This document shows positions 19,901 through 29,673 of a stretch of DNA of 64,000 nt, piece after piece. The notes under the pieces are model-generated. The model saw nothing but the letters and a program-made list of their open reading frames with translations. It searched no databases and was not told the DNA's origin. Position numbers and translations under genes: made by a program. The DNA lies in the IMG/VR virus record IMGVR_UViG_3300042863_000830, positions 3,711-67,710 of that record; one strand, 5' to 3'. Source of the DNA: a virus. Numbering within the stretch: the first letter of the stretch is position 1; the number at the start of each line of letters is the position of its first letter.

Positions 19901-22900
19901 AAAACAATTCCAATAGTTGATTCTAGAGGCGAAATAGAAGGCGGATATCAGGTTCCGGTTTCAGATGATAGAACATTTATTTTTAGTAAAGATTATGAAA
20001 CAGAAGTTAAAACGATTCCAATTGAATTTGAGGGCGGATTTGTTCCATTTGTAGAAGGTGAAGAAGATTTGCCATTTGCAGTAGAAGAACCAACAACAGA
20101 AGAAGTAGCCCAAATGCAAGATATAGTAAAAGACTATATTGATGATGGAACTACGTCTTTAACTGAAATTAAAAAAGCCATTGCTAAAGAACTTGGATAC
20201 AATACCAAGAAACTAAGACAGACAATAGATGATGCTTTTAATAAATACACAGCAACAAAAAAAGCAGCTCCGGCAGAAGTAACAAGCGGTGTTATTGGCA
20301 GAATTGGGAACGCATTGAAAAAGATGTTTGGAAAAGATGCTCAAAAGCCTTTTATAGCAAAAGACTCAAAAGCGTTAGAAGCAAAATTAAATGATATAAA
20401 AGATGATGTGAGATTTCAAATTGAAGCAGGGTTCAGAGGCACAAACGATATGCCAGTTGCATATAGATACGATACAGATAAAGTGGCTAGAGAAAGATTT
20501 GATATACCTAAATTAAAACAAATAGGTGCAGGAAGCGACAGGGTGGTATTTGATCTTGGTGATGGTAAAGTATTAAAAGTTGCAAAAACGCCTAGAGGAT
20601 TAGAGCAAAATATACATGAAGGTGATTATTATTTGTCAGGATCTATTATACCAGAGGTATTTGAAAGAGGATTAAACTATGTTGTAGTTGAAAAGATAGA
20701 GCCACCATTGAAAGCAACTAAAGGTTCTGATAAGTTAAATGACCTTTTAAATAAAATACAAAAGTTCTCTCAAAAAGACTTTGATAACCATGTTCCAGAA
20801 TTGCAAGAAGTAATTGAAGAATACGAGATGTCAGATATATTCAATTACGATTTATTGTGGAATGATTTTAAGGCTAAGCGAAATTGGGGATTAAAAGACG
20901 GGCAGCCATTGCATTTAGATGGAGGTTCATTTGGTGGATTGCAAATGCTAGATAAATTTAAAGGTCAAAAACCATTAAGTGATCCTGAATTTAGAGATAT
21001 CTATAATAAAAGCAAAAAGGCAAAAATTGAAAATAAAGACGTAGATAAGTTTACAAAGTTTATGGCTACGCCTGATGCGGATATACTTGGATTTACTTAC
21101 AAAAACAAAATGTATTTAAATGGAGAAAAATTAAATCCAAATACTCCAATACACGAAGCAGGGCATATATGGGTTGAGTGGACAAAAACAAACGATCCAA
21201 AGATTTATGCAAAAGGTATGCAATTGGTTGAAGGTTCTCCATATTTAGCAAAAGCAAAAGAAAGCAAGTTCTATCAGCAGCAAACAGAAAATATGAATGA
21301 TGCTGAAAAGGCGGAATATTTTAAGAACGAGGCATTGGCTATGGCTATTGGAGATAAAGGTGCGCAATTCGTTGTAGAGTCTAAGAAAGAGTCGTTTAAG
21401 GATTGGTTAAAAGCATTATGGACTAAAATAAAAAGTTTAACAGGATTTAAAGATTTGACAGATCAAGAGTTTCAAGATCTTACATTTGAAGAATTTTCTA
21501 AAATGGCTGTTAAGGAGATTTTAGGGGTAGAGAATGACTTAGACCAGTTCCAAGCTGCAAGATCAATAAAGAAAAAGAAAGAATTTGTAAAAAACAAGAT
21601 AAGGGGAGAAGCTAATAAAAGAGCAATAGATGATTTTGAGATAGATGATATGGTTAAGTTAATCAAAGCAGATTATGATTTACAAACATTTAAAAATATA
21701 AAAGATGCCGTACAAAAGCGAAGCGCAGAGGAGGTACTTCCAAGCCAACCGCGCAAAATTGGAGAAAGAAGGGGTGAACGTAGACGAGTGGAACCAAGAA
21801 TCGAAGGGCAAGCAGTTGCCGGAGAAGGTAAAACAACACAAGCCGAAGATTTTGAGGAAATCTCTGAGGAAATTGAAAATGTAGGTTTAGATAATGAAGA
21901 TGTAGATTATCTTGGTATTACAAATAAAGAATTGAATCAATTAAGAGAATCTTTAGGATTGCCAGAATATACTGGAACAGAGATTGAAACACATGAAATG
22001 TTAAGAGAAATTGCTGCTAAGATGATTAAAAAGAAAGCAAGCATAGAAAATCTGTACAAAAAAATCAGAAATGGTCAGCCTCTTAAAAATTATGAAGTAG
22101 CATTCATGGCTGAATATAGAGCTGCTTTAGATTTGGAATTAAAGAATAATCCTTCAAAAGAATTGCTTGAAAAAGTAAAAGAATTTGTTGACAATTCTCA
22201 AACTGCAGGATCATTATCAGGTAAATCATTGCAAAGTTTTCAAATAGTAAAAAAAATAAACGAAGCTAATACGTTGTCTAATTTCTTGCTTTCAAGGCAA
22301 GAAGATAAGGGTTTCGCATTAACAGATAAAATGATATCTGTAGAAACATCTAAATTTGAAAAAGTTCAAAAAGCAAAAGAAGATCTTGAAATTTCAATAG
22401 AGCAAGATATTGAGAAACAGCTTTCATACGAAGCTAAAAAAGAGCCTAAAAAAACTAAGGAAGAATATGCAAAAGAAAGAAAAGAGGCTTTAGAAGCAGC
22501 AAGAGAAGCCATAAAAAAGGTTAATAGGGGAGATTACGGGTTGTTTGCAGTGCCTACCTTTGGGGTTCCTCAATTATATGCAGCGGCACCACATATTAAT
22601 AAATATGCAAGAAGTTTATTTTCTGAAGGTGTTTCTAAATTAGATGATATTGTAACAGAAATTCAAAAAGAATTTTCAAGTATAATAGATGGTCTTACAA
22701 AAAGAGATGTCATTGATGTTATTGCAGGAAAGTATAATACTCAAAAAAGAACAGAAAACACAATTAATGCTGGTTTAAGATTATTGAAAAGAGAAGCAGA
22801 TTTACTAGGTCAATTAGAACTTGCAAGAAAAGGCGAAGAAGAAGCTAAAACAGAAAAAGAATTAGCTACAAAGAGCAGAAGAATAGTTGAACTTGAAAGA

Positions 22901-24625
22901 AAAATAAAAGAAGTAAGAGAATTAAACAGATCAAAAGAAGTTGCAGAAGAAGGAGTGTCGGAGCAATCTCCGAGCATTGGTAAAGATGATTCTGATAAAA
23001 CTTATAATGAAAAAAGGCAGAAATTTATTAGAAAAAAAATTGCCAAACTTGAAGATGATTTAAAAAATAAAAACTTTGAAAAAGAAGTAGTAGAAAAACC
23101 AAAGTACAAAGAGTCTAAAAAAACTAAAGAATTATATGAAAAATTAATTGATCTTGAAAAGAAAATTACTTTAGAAAGATATAAGGATAGACAATCAAAG
23201 TTAAGTAAATGGGAAAAAGGTTGGGATAAAGCGCAAAGTGTTTTGGGTATTAGAAGAATAATTCAAACATCAATTGATGCTTCTATTTGGTTAAGACAAT
23301 TGTCTAAAATTACCTTTAACCCACTTCATTGGGACGTTGCTTTAAAATTTTTAAATGCTAGTGGCAAATCTGCATTTAGTCAAAAAAATTATGACAGATT
23401 AATGTATAATCTTAATCAGGCTCCTGAATATAAGGATTCTGTTGAAGATGGTATTAGATATAACGATATTAACAAAGAAAATGTAAATGAACTTTTGCCA
23501 AAGAGTTTTATTTTCGAAATTCCTATTTTGAAAGAACCATTGCTTGTATCTCAAAGGTTAGCCGATGCTTCGCTAAACATAGCTAGATATGAGCTTTATA
23601 CGAAATTAACAAAAAATCTTTTAAGCAAGGGTATTACCAGAGAGTCAGATCCAAATGAATATAAAGAAATGGCAAAATATGTCATGAACATGACTGGTAG
23701 TGGTAATATGTTAAAAGTTTTGGAAACAAAATCTGGAGAAAAAGTAGCTTCGTCTGTTTTTTATGGTGCTAGATTAATGGCTTCAAATATAAACATGCTA
23801 AACCCTGTTTATTTTTTAAAAATGCCAAAAGAGGTGCAAAAAATGGCATTTCGAGATTTAGCAGCAAATACGTCTACAATACTTGCATTGGGTTTAGCAG
23901 CAGCAGCAGCAGGAGCTAAGATATCGTTTGATCCGGATGAGCCTGATTTTTTACAGCTTAGGTTTGGTAAAAAAGTATATGATATTACATCTGGTCAAGC
24001 TGCATATATTAGAACTTTTTTAAGATTGGTAGAAGCGGGATATGCAAGGGCAGCAAAAAGTAAATTTGAGGCAAGCGAATCGGCATCATTTGCTTGGAAT
24101 AGCACATTGAGATTTTTTAGAAACAAATTAGCTCCAAATAATTCATATGTTGTTAGCGCAATTGTTGGTAAAAATTCGATTGGTGAAGATTTTGATCCAA
24201 TGGAAATAGTTAAAATATACCCAATGTATGCAGATGATGCATATGAGGCGGCAAAAGAAGATGGTTTTATTTCTTTACTTACTGTATTGTTGCCAAATAT
24301 AGTTGGATTGGGTTATTCTAGTTATTACAGAGAAAGCGCTTTAAAACCTATGGATGAAATAATAATGAGAGCTAAAAACTCTGACGAAATGAATCCTGAA
24401 TCAGTTAAAAAGAATATTACCAAAGATGAATTTAAGCAATTTGTAAAACTTAGAGATTCTTTGATTGAGGAAAAAATGAAAGAATTATATGAAGAAGGTT
24501 ACAATGATACTCCTTTAAAGGAATTGACTAATGAAGAAATTGCAAAAGCTATACTTTTAATAAAGCGTAAAGCAACAAAAGAAGCCAAAAGTGAATTAGA
24601 ATTTGATAATGAAGATGAAGAATAA
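16994..24625 (+). CDS. giant (2543 aa) polyvalent/ejection protein with kinase-like and zincin domains
   Basis: kinase-like IGAGSDRVV..VLKVAK..DFKAKRNWG..LDGG at ~20500-20930; zincin NTPIHEAGH at 21152; helical C-terminal part; position. Confidence 0.7.
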   Translation: MAEEILNNDPLGILSKPKNDQDPLGILKKKESTPLGSSVTPLPSQDKFQQGLAMAKSPIASAVNKDTQKDNNWFAGMYNNLVKPISSLAGGTAYLAEAVLGGRPEAMVTRLASAREFQKSTESFFDKLRSEKSSKEYEQKQAKEFDVTPVQKENQMSREDALTLTMIDPEKLTPIQLKKYNEILVKNKGKEKPSSIFSGVDAKDVKSMAFQTPGQLLSFIMGAYTAGTTYIPQSISDASNEIYETDKGNKLNDGQKAAYIFTQAAAQYALEKVSLDLILKNTGLGKAAKQKIANEIVDKFVAKGVKATAEDVEKEAIRLASSMASKAKRIGIKAATGAAVEPGTEALQTGAAEGVKLLTNKISKTDVFNEEDIIANLGKNMINSAAMATGPGAIGGGFVGSFQNTKKAIREEIANEKDVNTIQSEINKQVEEGNITPEEAQAANITAKQYADIASKIPSTVTPQDKYKIIGGIEQREALNIKKQQAYEELTDLDPVFKKEKQDQIDLIQAKIDETNDYLEGIVSGKKPEYKEKRGMYFKVDSEGNETPINKETYDLATSIRDEDKVKEKQQFDQFVNRIVEGERMQTPEDLQFYENNKTEIEKALKTKAEETKPAVVMPEENVAPQVVEPSKGAAVIMPEGNIAAETTVVGAQQQGKAPSVIMPEANVAPEVAVKPTEVDKRQKQLERVERLNPDAGFPLFNVGQVHNDGNRYIVSNATDNRTNRNAEGVVVISKIIEPAQVDENGKMTKAATVETTIFDSKEDAQKALQDNYNKYKAIAEERLSKAQAEVKPTEAKPEVKSKLEAFKTKFAPQPKEVSISGAKGAETRKIKEEAGKVMPKDARGFALSWLANSGEKISSDSVNKLLGSFRASLNVGKTKKTQEASTRDYVDNQGQEIDTIADNIWDNLPEGLEDKISSSQIRDQLEMLISEYPTKKAAAAALVQYAGEDLSLDQQRAKYEEGKGIEEMKTIPIVDSRGEIEGGYQVPVSDDRTFIFSKDYETEVKTIPIEFEGGFVPFVEGEEDLPFAVEEPTTEEVAQMQDIVKDYIDDGTTSLTEIKKAIAKELGYNTKKLRQTIDDAFNKYTATKKAAPAEVTSGVIGRIGNALKKMFGKDAQKPFIAKDSKALEAKLNDIKDDVRFQIEAGFRGTNDMPVAYRYDTDKVARERFDIPKLKQIGAGSDRVVFDLGDGKVLKVAKTPRGLEQNIHEGDYYLSGSIIPEVFERGLNYVVVEKIEPPLKATKGSDKLNDLLNKIQKFSQKDFDNHVPELQEVIEEYEMSDIFNYDLLWNDFKAKRNWGLKDGQPLHLDGGSFGGLQMLDKFKGQKPLSDPEFRDIYNKSKKAKIENKDVDKFTKFMATPDADILGFTYKNKMYLNGEKLNPNTPIHEAGHIWVEWTKTNDPKIYAKGMQLVEGSPYLAKAKESKFYQQQTENMNDAEKAEYFKNEALAMAIGDKGAQFVVESKKESFKDWLKALWTKIKSLTGFKDLTDQEFQDLTFEEFSKMAVKEILGVENDLDQFQAARSIKKKKEFVKNKIRGEANKRAIDDFEIDDMVKLIKADYDLQTFKNIKDAVQKRSAEEVLPSQPRKIGERRGERRRVEPRIEGQAVAGEGKTTQAEDFEEISEEIENVGLDNEDVDYLGITNKELNQLRESLGLPEYTGTEIETHEMLREIAAKMIKKKASIENLYKKIRNGQPLKNYEVAFMAEYRAALDLELKNNPSKELLEKVKEFVDNSQTAGSLSGKSLQSFQIVKKINEANTLSNFLLSRQEDKGFALTDKMISVETSKFEKVQKAKEDLEISIEQDIEKQLSYEAKKEPKKTKEEYAKERKEALEAAREAIKKVNRGDYGLFAVPTFGVPQLYAAAPHINKYARSLFSEGVSKLDDIVTEIQKEFSSIIDGLTKRDVIDVIAGKYNTQKRTENTINAGLRLLKREADLLGQLELARKGEEEAKTEKELATKSRRIVELERKIKEVRELNRSKEVAEEGVSEQSPSIGKDDSDKTYNEKRQKFIRKKIAKLEDDLKNKNFEKEVVEKPKYKESKKTKELYEKLIDLEKKITLERYKDRQSKLSKWEKGWDKAQSVLGIRRIIQTSIDASIWLRQLSKITFNPLHWDVALKFLNASGKSAFSQKNYDRLMYNLNQAPEYKDSVEDGIRYNDINKENVNELLPKSFIFEIPILKEPLLVSQRLADASLNIARYELYTKLTKNLLSKGITRESDPNEYKEMAKYVMNMTGSGNMLKVLETKSGEKVASSVFYGARLMASNINMLNPVYFLKMPKEVQKMAFRDLAANTSTILALGLAAAAAGAKISFDPDEPDFLQLRFGKKVYDITSGQAAYIRTFLRLVEAGYARAAKSKFEASESASFAWNSTLRFFRNKLAPNNSYVVSAIVGKNSIGEDFDPMEIVKIYPMYADDAYEAAKEDGFISLLTVLLPNIVGLGYSSYYRESALKPMDEIIMRAKNSDEMNPESVKKNITKDEFKQFVKLRDSLIEEKMKELYEEGYNDTPLKELTNEEIAKAILLIKRKATKEAKSELEFDNEDEE
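21705..21884 (+). CDS. overprinted 59-aa basic protein (MPYKSEAQRRYF...) in the +1 frame of the giant gene
   Basis: ATG 21705 to TAG 21884, translated by hand; A-rich leader; local GC rise; resembles small phage MP(F/Y)KSxAQRR proteins. Confidence 0.6.
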   Translation: MPYKSEAQRRYFQANRAKLEKEGVNVDEWNQESKGKQLPEKVKQHKPKILRKSLRKLKM

Positions 24626-24655
24626 TATCTTTGTTACAACTAAAACTAACTTATA

Positions 24656-24967
24656 ATGGAAACATTAGAAGAATTAAGACAAAAGGTAGCCCTATATGAA
24701 CAAAACGGGGCTGCCAAGTTGTTTTACGCTTTAAATAGAAAGGCAAACGAAATGGCTGATTTGCTTAACAAAACCAACTTGTCCCATTTGCTTTTAGAAG
24801 ATCCAAAAGACAAGACTTTTGAAAGATTAAAAGCTATTTGGAATGATAGCTCTGCTTTGTCAACGGCAATTAAGGATCTAGGTATATCTGCTGGTGTTAC
24901 TGGCGATGAGCAAAAGGATGTAGTCAAAAAGCCATTTGTAGAAAGTATAGCTGAATCTAGAAGATAA
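24656..24967 (+). CDS. probable terminase small subunit
   Basis: 103-aa helical ORF coupled (TAATG) to the large terminase; position only. Confidence 0.45.
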   Translation: METLEELRQKVALYEQNGAAKLFYALNRKANEMADLLNKTNLSHLLLEDPKDKTFERLKAIWNDSSALSTAIKDLGISAGVTGDEQKDVVKKPFVESIAESRR

Positions 24968-27015
24968 TGGCTGAAGTAATAAGTATATACGGAACCAACA
25001 TTACCCTACCTGAATGTGATACTGAAATAGAAGATTGGGGTGAATCTAATCCTGCCGAGCAGTATTGGAGAAGAAAAGAACTGCCTAATATTTTTCAGGC
25101 AGTAGAATACGATAAGGAGGGCAACGCTTTGCTTGATGCACAACAGGCAGCTTTTGCCACAAGAGAAGTAGATAGATGCAAGAAAGGGTTTTGGTTTTAC
25201 AACAATGGTAAAGCCACATATATTACAGGTAAGCATTATTTTTACCTTCAATGGTGGAAGCTAGAGGATGATATCTATGGTGATTTCAGGGATGCGGATA
25301 AAAGATACTTTTTATTTTTAGACCATTGGGAAAAGACGCCGTGGTGTTTAGGTGTTGTCAGGGGTAAGAAACGCCGTGAGGGTGCGACCTCCCAAGCGAC
25401 ATCAAATATAATTTACGAGTGTATTTTCTATAAGAACAGCTTTTGCGGTTTGACGAGTAAAACGCAGATAGATGCCAAGGCAGCCTTTACCAACATGATT
25501 TCATTTGGTTACAGACAGCTCCCGGTATTCCTAAAGCCCAAGCAATTAAACAATAAGGACAGTGTAAGCGAACTTGTGTTTGCCCATAAGTCAGTAGACA
25601 TTAGAGGCACAAAAGGCAATGCAATAGATAATGATACCGGACATAGGTCTAGAATTGATTATCGTGCGCCTTCCTTGAACTCTTATGACTCTGGTCGTCT
25701 TAGTCGTGGTTTATTTGATGAAGGCGGAAAATGGGCAAAAGAAACGCCATTCTCGACATTCTTATCCATTGTAAGTAAAACATTGGTAAAAGGTGCCAAG
25801 AGAGTAGGATTTATTGAATGTCCATCAACCTCGAATAGTATGACTAGCGGGGGTGAGGAGTTCAAGATAGTATGGGATGCTGCCGATCATTTGAAATATC
25901 CCAAGACGCCAAATCGTTTGGTTAAATATTTCTCGCCCGCGTATGATGGTTATCTGGGCTTTATTGATCGATATGGCATGAGTGTAATCGGGCCACCAAC
26001 AGAAGAACAATATAAATATTTAGTTGATAATTACGTTGGTGCAGGCGATTTGAATGAAGAAGATGTTAGGTTGGGAGCTAAAGAATACTTATTAGCCAAG
26101 CGTAAGCAATTAGAAGCCGTTCAGTTAGAGGAGGAGATAAGAATGAATCCTTTTGATGAAAGGGAGATGTTCATGCTTAGAAATACCAATTGCCATTTTG
26201 ATGCGGTATTGCTTAACGACCTTTATGAAATAGCCAAAATTAATGAGAAAGAAGTGCTTGAATATGGTAATTGGACTTGGAAAGACGGAGTGCCATTTAC
26301 AGAAGCAGTATGGGAAACGACTAGCAAAGAAGCAGCAAGATGGACTAGAGCTAAGAATTTTAAGATAACAAAAGGCGAAACATACACAAGAAGGGGTAAT
26401 TTATTTTTACCTAAAAATTCAGTGCAGTTTATAATGGGATGCGATCCATTCCAAAACTCAGTGGTTGAACATGGAGAGGGTTCAAAGGCAACTAGCTTAG
26501 TTTTGAATAGATATGATATAGGCATAAACGATCCGGTTTATAATATGATGTTTGTTTCCAAGTATCACGCAAGACCTAAGATGGTAGAGCTTTTCCATAT
26601 GGATATGGTACTGCAATGCTTTGCTTATGGAGGCCAAATGCTAATAGAGGCGAAAATGGATGGCGGATTGCGAAAGTTTTTTGTTGACAATTATTGCGAA
26701 GCGTTTCTGATAAGATTGCCAGAAAAATCAAATTACGGGGTAGACCCTAATGCGGACAATAAAGCCCTAATGGTGAACCTTTGGGAACAATACATTTTAA
26801 CGCATGGTAAGGAAGGAAAGATAATATACCCAGAATTAATAGACGATAAATATGATGGATTGATTAAGTTTAATGTAAACGAAACAGAGGTATCTGACTT
26901 AGTAATGGGAGGCGGATGGACTTTATTTGCAGATTATTATAAAAGAGCAAACTTTAAAAAACCGGAAGCCAAATTCAAACTGACTGACTTTTTCCCACAA
27001 ACTAAACTAGCGTAA
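24967..27015 (+). CDS. terL: terminase large subunit
   Basis: YITGKHY, KKRREGAT Walker A variant, LFDEGGK Walker B, GCDPF nuclease motif. Confidence 0.9.
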   Translation: MAEVISIYGTNITLPECDTEIEDWGESNPAEQYWRRKELPNIFQAVEYDKEGNALLDAQQAAFATREVDRCKKGFWFYNNGKATYITGKHYFYLQWWKLEDDIYGDFRDADKRYFLFLDHWEKTPWCLGVVRGKKRREGATSQATSNIIYECIFYKNSFCGLTSKTQIDAKAAFTNMISFGYRQLPVFLKPKQLNNKDSVSELVFAHKSVDIRGTKGNAIDNDTGHRSRIDYRAPSLNSYDSGRLSRGLFDEGGKWAKETPFSTFLSIVSKTLVKGAKRVGFIECPSTSNSMTSGGEEFKIVWDAADHLKYPKTPNRLVKYFSPAYDGYLGFIDRYGMSVIGPPTEEQYKYLVDNYVGAGDLNEEDVRLGAKEYLLAKRKQLEAVQLEEEIRMNPFDEREMFMLRNTNCHFDAVLLNDLYEIAKINEKEVLEYGNWTWKDGVPFTEAVWETTSKEAARWTRAKNFKITKGETYTRRGNLFLPKNSVQFIMGCDPFQNSVVEHGEGSKATSLVLNRYDIGINDPVYNMMFVSKYHARPKMVELFHMDMVLQCFAYGGQMLIEAKMDGGLRKFFVDNYCEAFLIRLPEKSNYGVDPNADNKALMVNLWEQYILTHGKEGKIIYPELIDDKYDGLIKFNVNETEVSDLVMGGGWTLFADYYKRANFKKPEAKFKLTDFFPQTKLA

Positions 27016-27635
27016 TGTCTTGGACTAACTTTTTTACTAAAATATTTGTCATAAACTTGCCGGAAAGAACAGATAGACTAATAGAGATTGCAGAACAACT
27101 TTACAAATGGAATATCCCATACGAATTGATTAATGCCACAAAGCATGAAAATGGAGCAGAAGGCTTGCGCATTACAGTAGAGAACATATTTAGAGAAGCG
27201 ATAAAGAACGAATGGGAGTCAGTCTTGATATTTGAAGATGACGCTATGTTTGTTGATTCTTGTGGTAACCCTAACGATACAATGAATGAAGTTGTAAAGC
27301 AATTGCCTCTTACATGGGATATCCTTTATCTTGGGGCGCAATGTACTACGGGGTTTAAATTAAGAGCATCACCTAACCTTTTATTAGTAGAAAACGCATA
27401 TGCCACCCATGCTTGGGCAATATCATTACATGGGATGAAGGAGATATTGATGGCAGTTTTAGAAGCTCCAATAGACAATTGCATTGTAAATAAGATACAA
27501 TGCCATGGCACAACTTACATTACTTATCCACTTTTATGCACTCAAAGGCCGGGCGTATCAGATATAGGCAATACCTTTATTGACTGGCAGCCATTTATAG
27601 AACAAAGATATTATCAAAAACTAGGAAATTTATGA
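27015..27635 (+). CDS. glycosyltransferase family 25
   Basis: VINLPERTDR, LIFEDD, DILYLG and THA motifs. Confidence 0.85.
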   Translation: MSWTNFFTKIFVINLPERTDRLIEIAEQLYKWNIPYELINATKHENGAEGLRITVENIFREAIKNEWESVLIFEDDAMFVDSCGNPNDTMNEVVKQLPLTWDILYLGAQCTTGFKLRASPNLLLVENAYATHAWAISLHGMKEILMAVLEAPIDNCIVNKIQCHGTTYITYPLLCTQRPGVSDIGNTFIDWQPFIEQRYYQKLGNL

Positions 27636-28327
27636 GAGAAATTTGTATATGTATACCAACTTGGAATAGGGTAGAAATGACATTGAAAAGTTTTAGTAAG
27701 GTATATGACGATCCTCGTGTTAAAAACATTGTAATAGTGGACGACATGAGTGATTTGCCTATTTATAACCAATTAAAGCAAGAATGTGATAAGCTAAAAA
27801 AGGTTAAACTATTTAGAAACCTAAGCAACAGAGATTGTTATGCAAACAAGTATGTGGCTATAAGCCTATCAACAACAGACTATTGTATCATACTTGATTC
27901 TGACAATGAAATAGACACAGACTATTTGGACAAGATATATGAGCAAGAATGGGATAAAGACACGGTATTGGCACCAGATTGGGCTATGCCAATGTTTAAT
28001 TACACAGAATACGCTAACCTAATTGTAACCAAAGACAACTTACCGGAATATATAGACAAGTCAATGTTTGAAACTTGCTTGAATTGCATGAACTATTTTG
28101 TAAATAAAAATTCTTATTGTGAAGTATGGGATGCGGAAATAGATCCGGTAACCAGCGATAGCTTATTTCAGAATTACAATTGGCTAATGTCAGGTCGAAT
28201 TATCCATATAGTTGAAGGGTTAAGATACAATCATTTAGTCCACAATCAATCGCATTATATAAATAATGTGCAAAGAACAGGAGATTTTAGAGAAAAATTA
28301 ATAGAAAAAATTAGGGAATTAAATTAA
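27632..28327 (+). CDS. glycosyltransferase family 2
   Basis: ICIPTWNR, IVIVDDMS, LDSD (DxD). Confidence 0.85.
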   Translation: MREICICIPTWNRVEMTLKSFSKVYDDPRVKNIVIVDDMSDLPIYNQLKQECDKLKKVKLFRNLSNRDCYANKYVAISLSTTDYCIILDSDNEIDTDYLDKIYEQEWDKDTVLAPDWAMPMFNYTEYANLIVTKDNLPEYIDKSMFETCLNCMNYFVNKNSYCEVWDAEIDPVTSDSLFQNYNWLMSGRIIHIVEGLRYNHLVHNQSHYINNVQRTGDFREKLIEKIRELN

Positions 28328-28347
28328 ATTAATTAACTTTATCCCCT

Positions 28348-29085
28348 ATGGTAACCTTCAACAACGCGGGAAGAATGGGCAACTGGCTTTTTGAGTGTGC
28401 TACGGCTATGGCCTATGCGTTACGGCATGACTTAAATTTTACCGTTCCAAACGAAACTAGCAACCCAAAATGGAACCCCATCTATTGCTCGCATTTAATT
28501 AATGATAGCTATAATCCCGGACTTGAAAAAGTTCACTTATGGGAAACAAAACATTCTTACGAAGAATTACCATACGATTCATCATGGAAAGATAAGAATA
28601 TAATAATTGAAGGGTACAGACAAACAGCTAAATACTTTGACAACTATCGTAATGAAATACTTTACTTGTTAAATTTTCCATATAAAAAAATGGATGGCTA
28701 TGTTTCTATCCATGTAAGACGAGGCGATTATGTAACATTAAGAGATAAACATCCGGAGGTAACAATAGAATGGTATGAAAAGGCAATGGCTATGTTCCCT
28801 AACTATAAGTTTAAATTCTTTTCAGATGACATTAGTTGGTGTATGGAAACATTTGCGCATAGAAGCGATTGTGAATATTCTGGAAATACAGACGAGCAAT
28901 CCGATCTTGTAGAAATGAGCTGGTGTGAGCATCAAGTATGTTCTCCATCTACATTCTCTTGGTGGGGTGCGTATTTAAATAAAAATGAAGATAAAAAAGT
29001 AATCTTTCCGCAGTTTTGGTTTAGTGAAGGATGGTGCGGATTAGACACTAGCGATATTGTTAAACCTGAATGGATAAAATTATGA
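28348..29085 (+). CDS. glycosyltransferase family 11 (alpha-1,2-fucosyltransferase-like)
   Basis: GRMGNWLF, GYRQ, HVRRGDY, FSDD, STFSWWGAYL. Confidence 0.9.
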   Translation: MVTFNNAGRMGNWLFECATAMAYALRHDLNFTVPNETSNPKWNPIYCSHLINDSYNPGLEKVHLWETKHSYEELPYDSSWKDKNIIIEGYRQTAKYFDNYRNEILYLLNFPYKKMDGYVSIHVRRGDYVTLRDKHPEVTIEWYEKAMAMFPNYKFKFFSDDISWCMETFAHRSDCEYSGNTDEQSDLVEMSWCEHQVCSPSTFSWWGAYLNKNEDKKVIFPQFWFSEGWCGLDTSDIVKPEWIKL

Positions 29086-29672
29086 ATGATTTAATTATGT
29101 TTGATTTTCAGCATTTCTATCAAAGAATTGCAAAAGAGTTACCCAACAACGCACGACTAGCAGAAGTCGGTATTGCAAATGGCGATAGTGTTATATATCT
29201 AGCACAAGAATTAAAAAACTTGGGTAAAGATTTTAAAATTTATGCAATAGATAATATGGGCTACGGTGGTTTTTTCCAAATGAAAACCATATACGAAAAC
29301 ATTATAAAAAGCGGTTTGGGTGATTATATAGAAGTAATGCCTTACCCAAGTTTAGAGTGTGCTAAAATGTTTAATGATGGTTTTTTAGATTTTGTTTATA
29401 TTGATTCATCACACACATACAAAGAAACAAAGCAAGAAGTAATTGAATGGTATAATAAAGTAAAAGATGAGGGCGTACTAGCAGGCCATGATTTTAATGC
29501 AGATGAAGTAAATAGAGCAGTAAGTCAAATTGTGCCAAAAATATTTATCAGATCAGATATTGCAGATAGAGAATTTGAGGCAGAAAAAGTTTTACATTCA
29601 GAAGAAACTGCTAACGGATGGGGATTATGGTGGTTTAAAAAACAATGGTATTTAAAACTAAATAAATTTTAA
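29082..29672 (+). CDS. class I SAM-dependent methyltransferase (Methyltransf_24-like)
   Basis: EVGIANGDS, DFVYIDSSH, GVLAGHD; start taken at the ATGA overlap 29082. Confidence 0.85.
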   Translation: MNDLIMFDFQHFYQRIAKELPNNARLAEVGIANGDSVIYLAQELKNLGKDFKIYAIDNMGYGGFFQMKTIYENIIKSGLGDYIEVMPYPSLECAKMFNDGFLDFVYIDSSHTYKETKQEVIEWYNKVKDEGVLAGHDFNADEVNRAVSQIVPKIFIRSDIADREFEAEKVLHSEETANGWGLWWFKKQWYLKLNKF

Positions 29673-29673
29673 T

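Noticed and set aside
22958-22973. TCGGAG-CAAT-CTCCGA hairpin within the giant gene
   Set aside because: Only a 6-bp stem with no U-tract; expected by chance
16994-24625. crAss-type virion RNA polymerase
   Set aside because: No DFDxD-type catalytic motif in a polymerase context was found by eye
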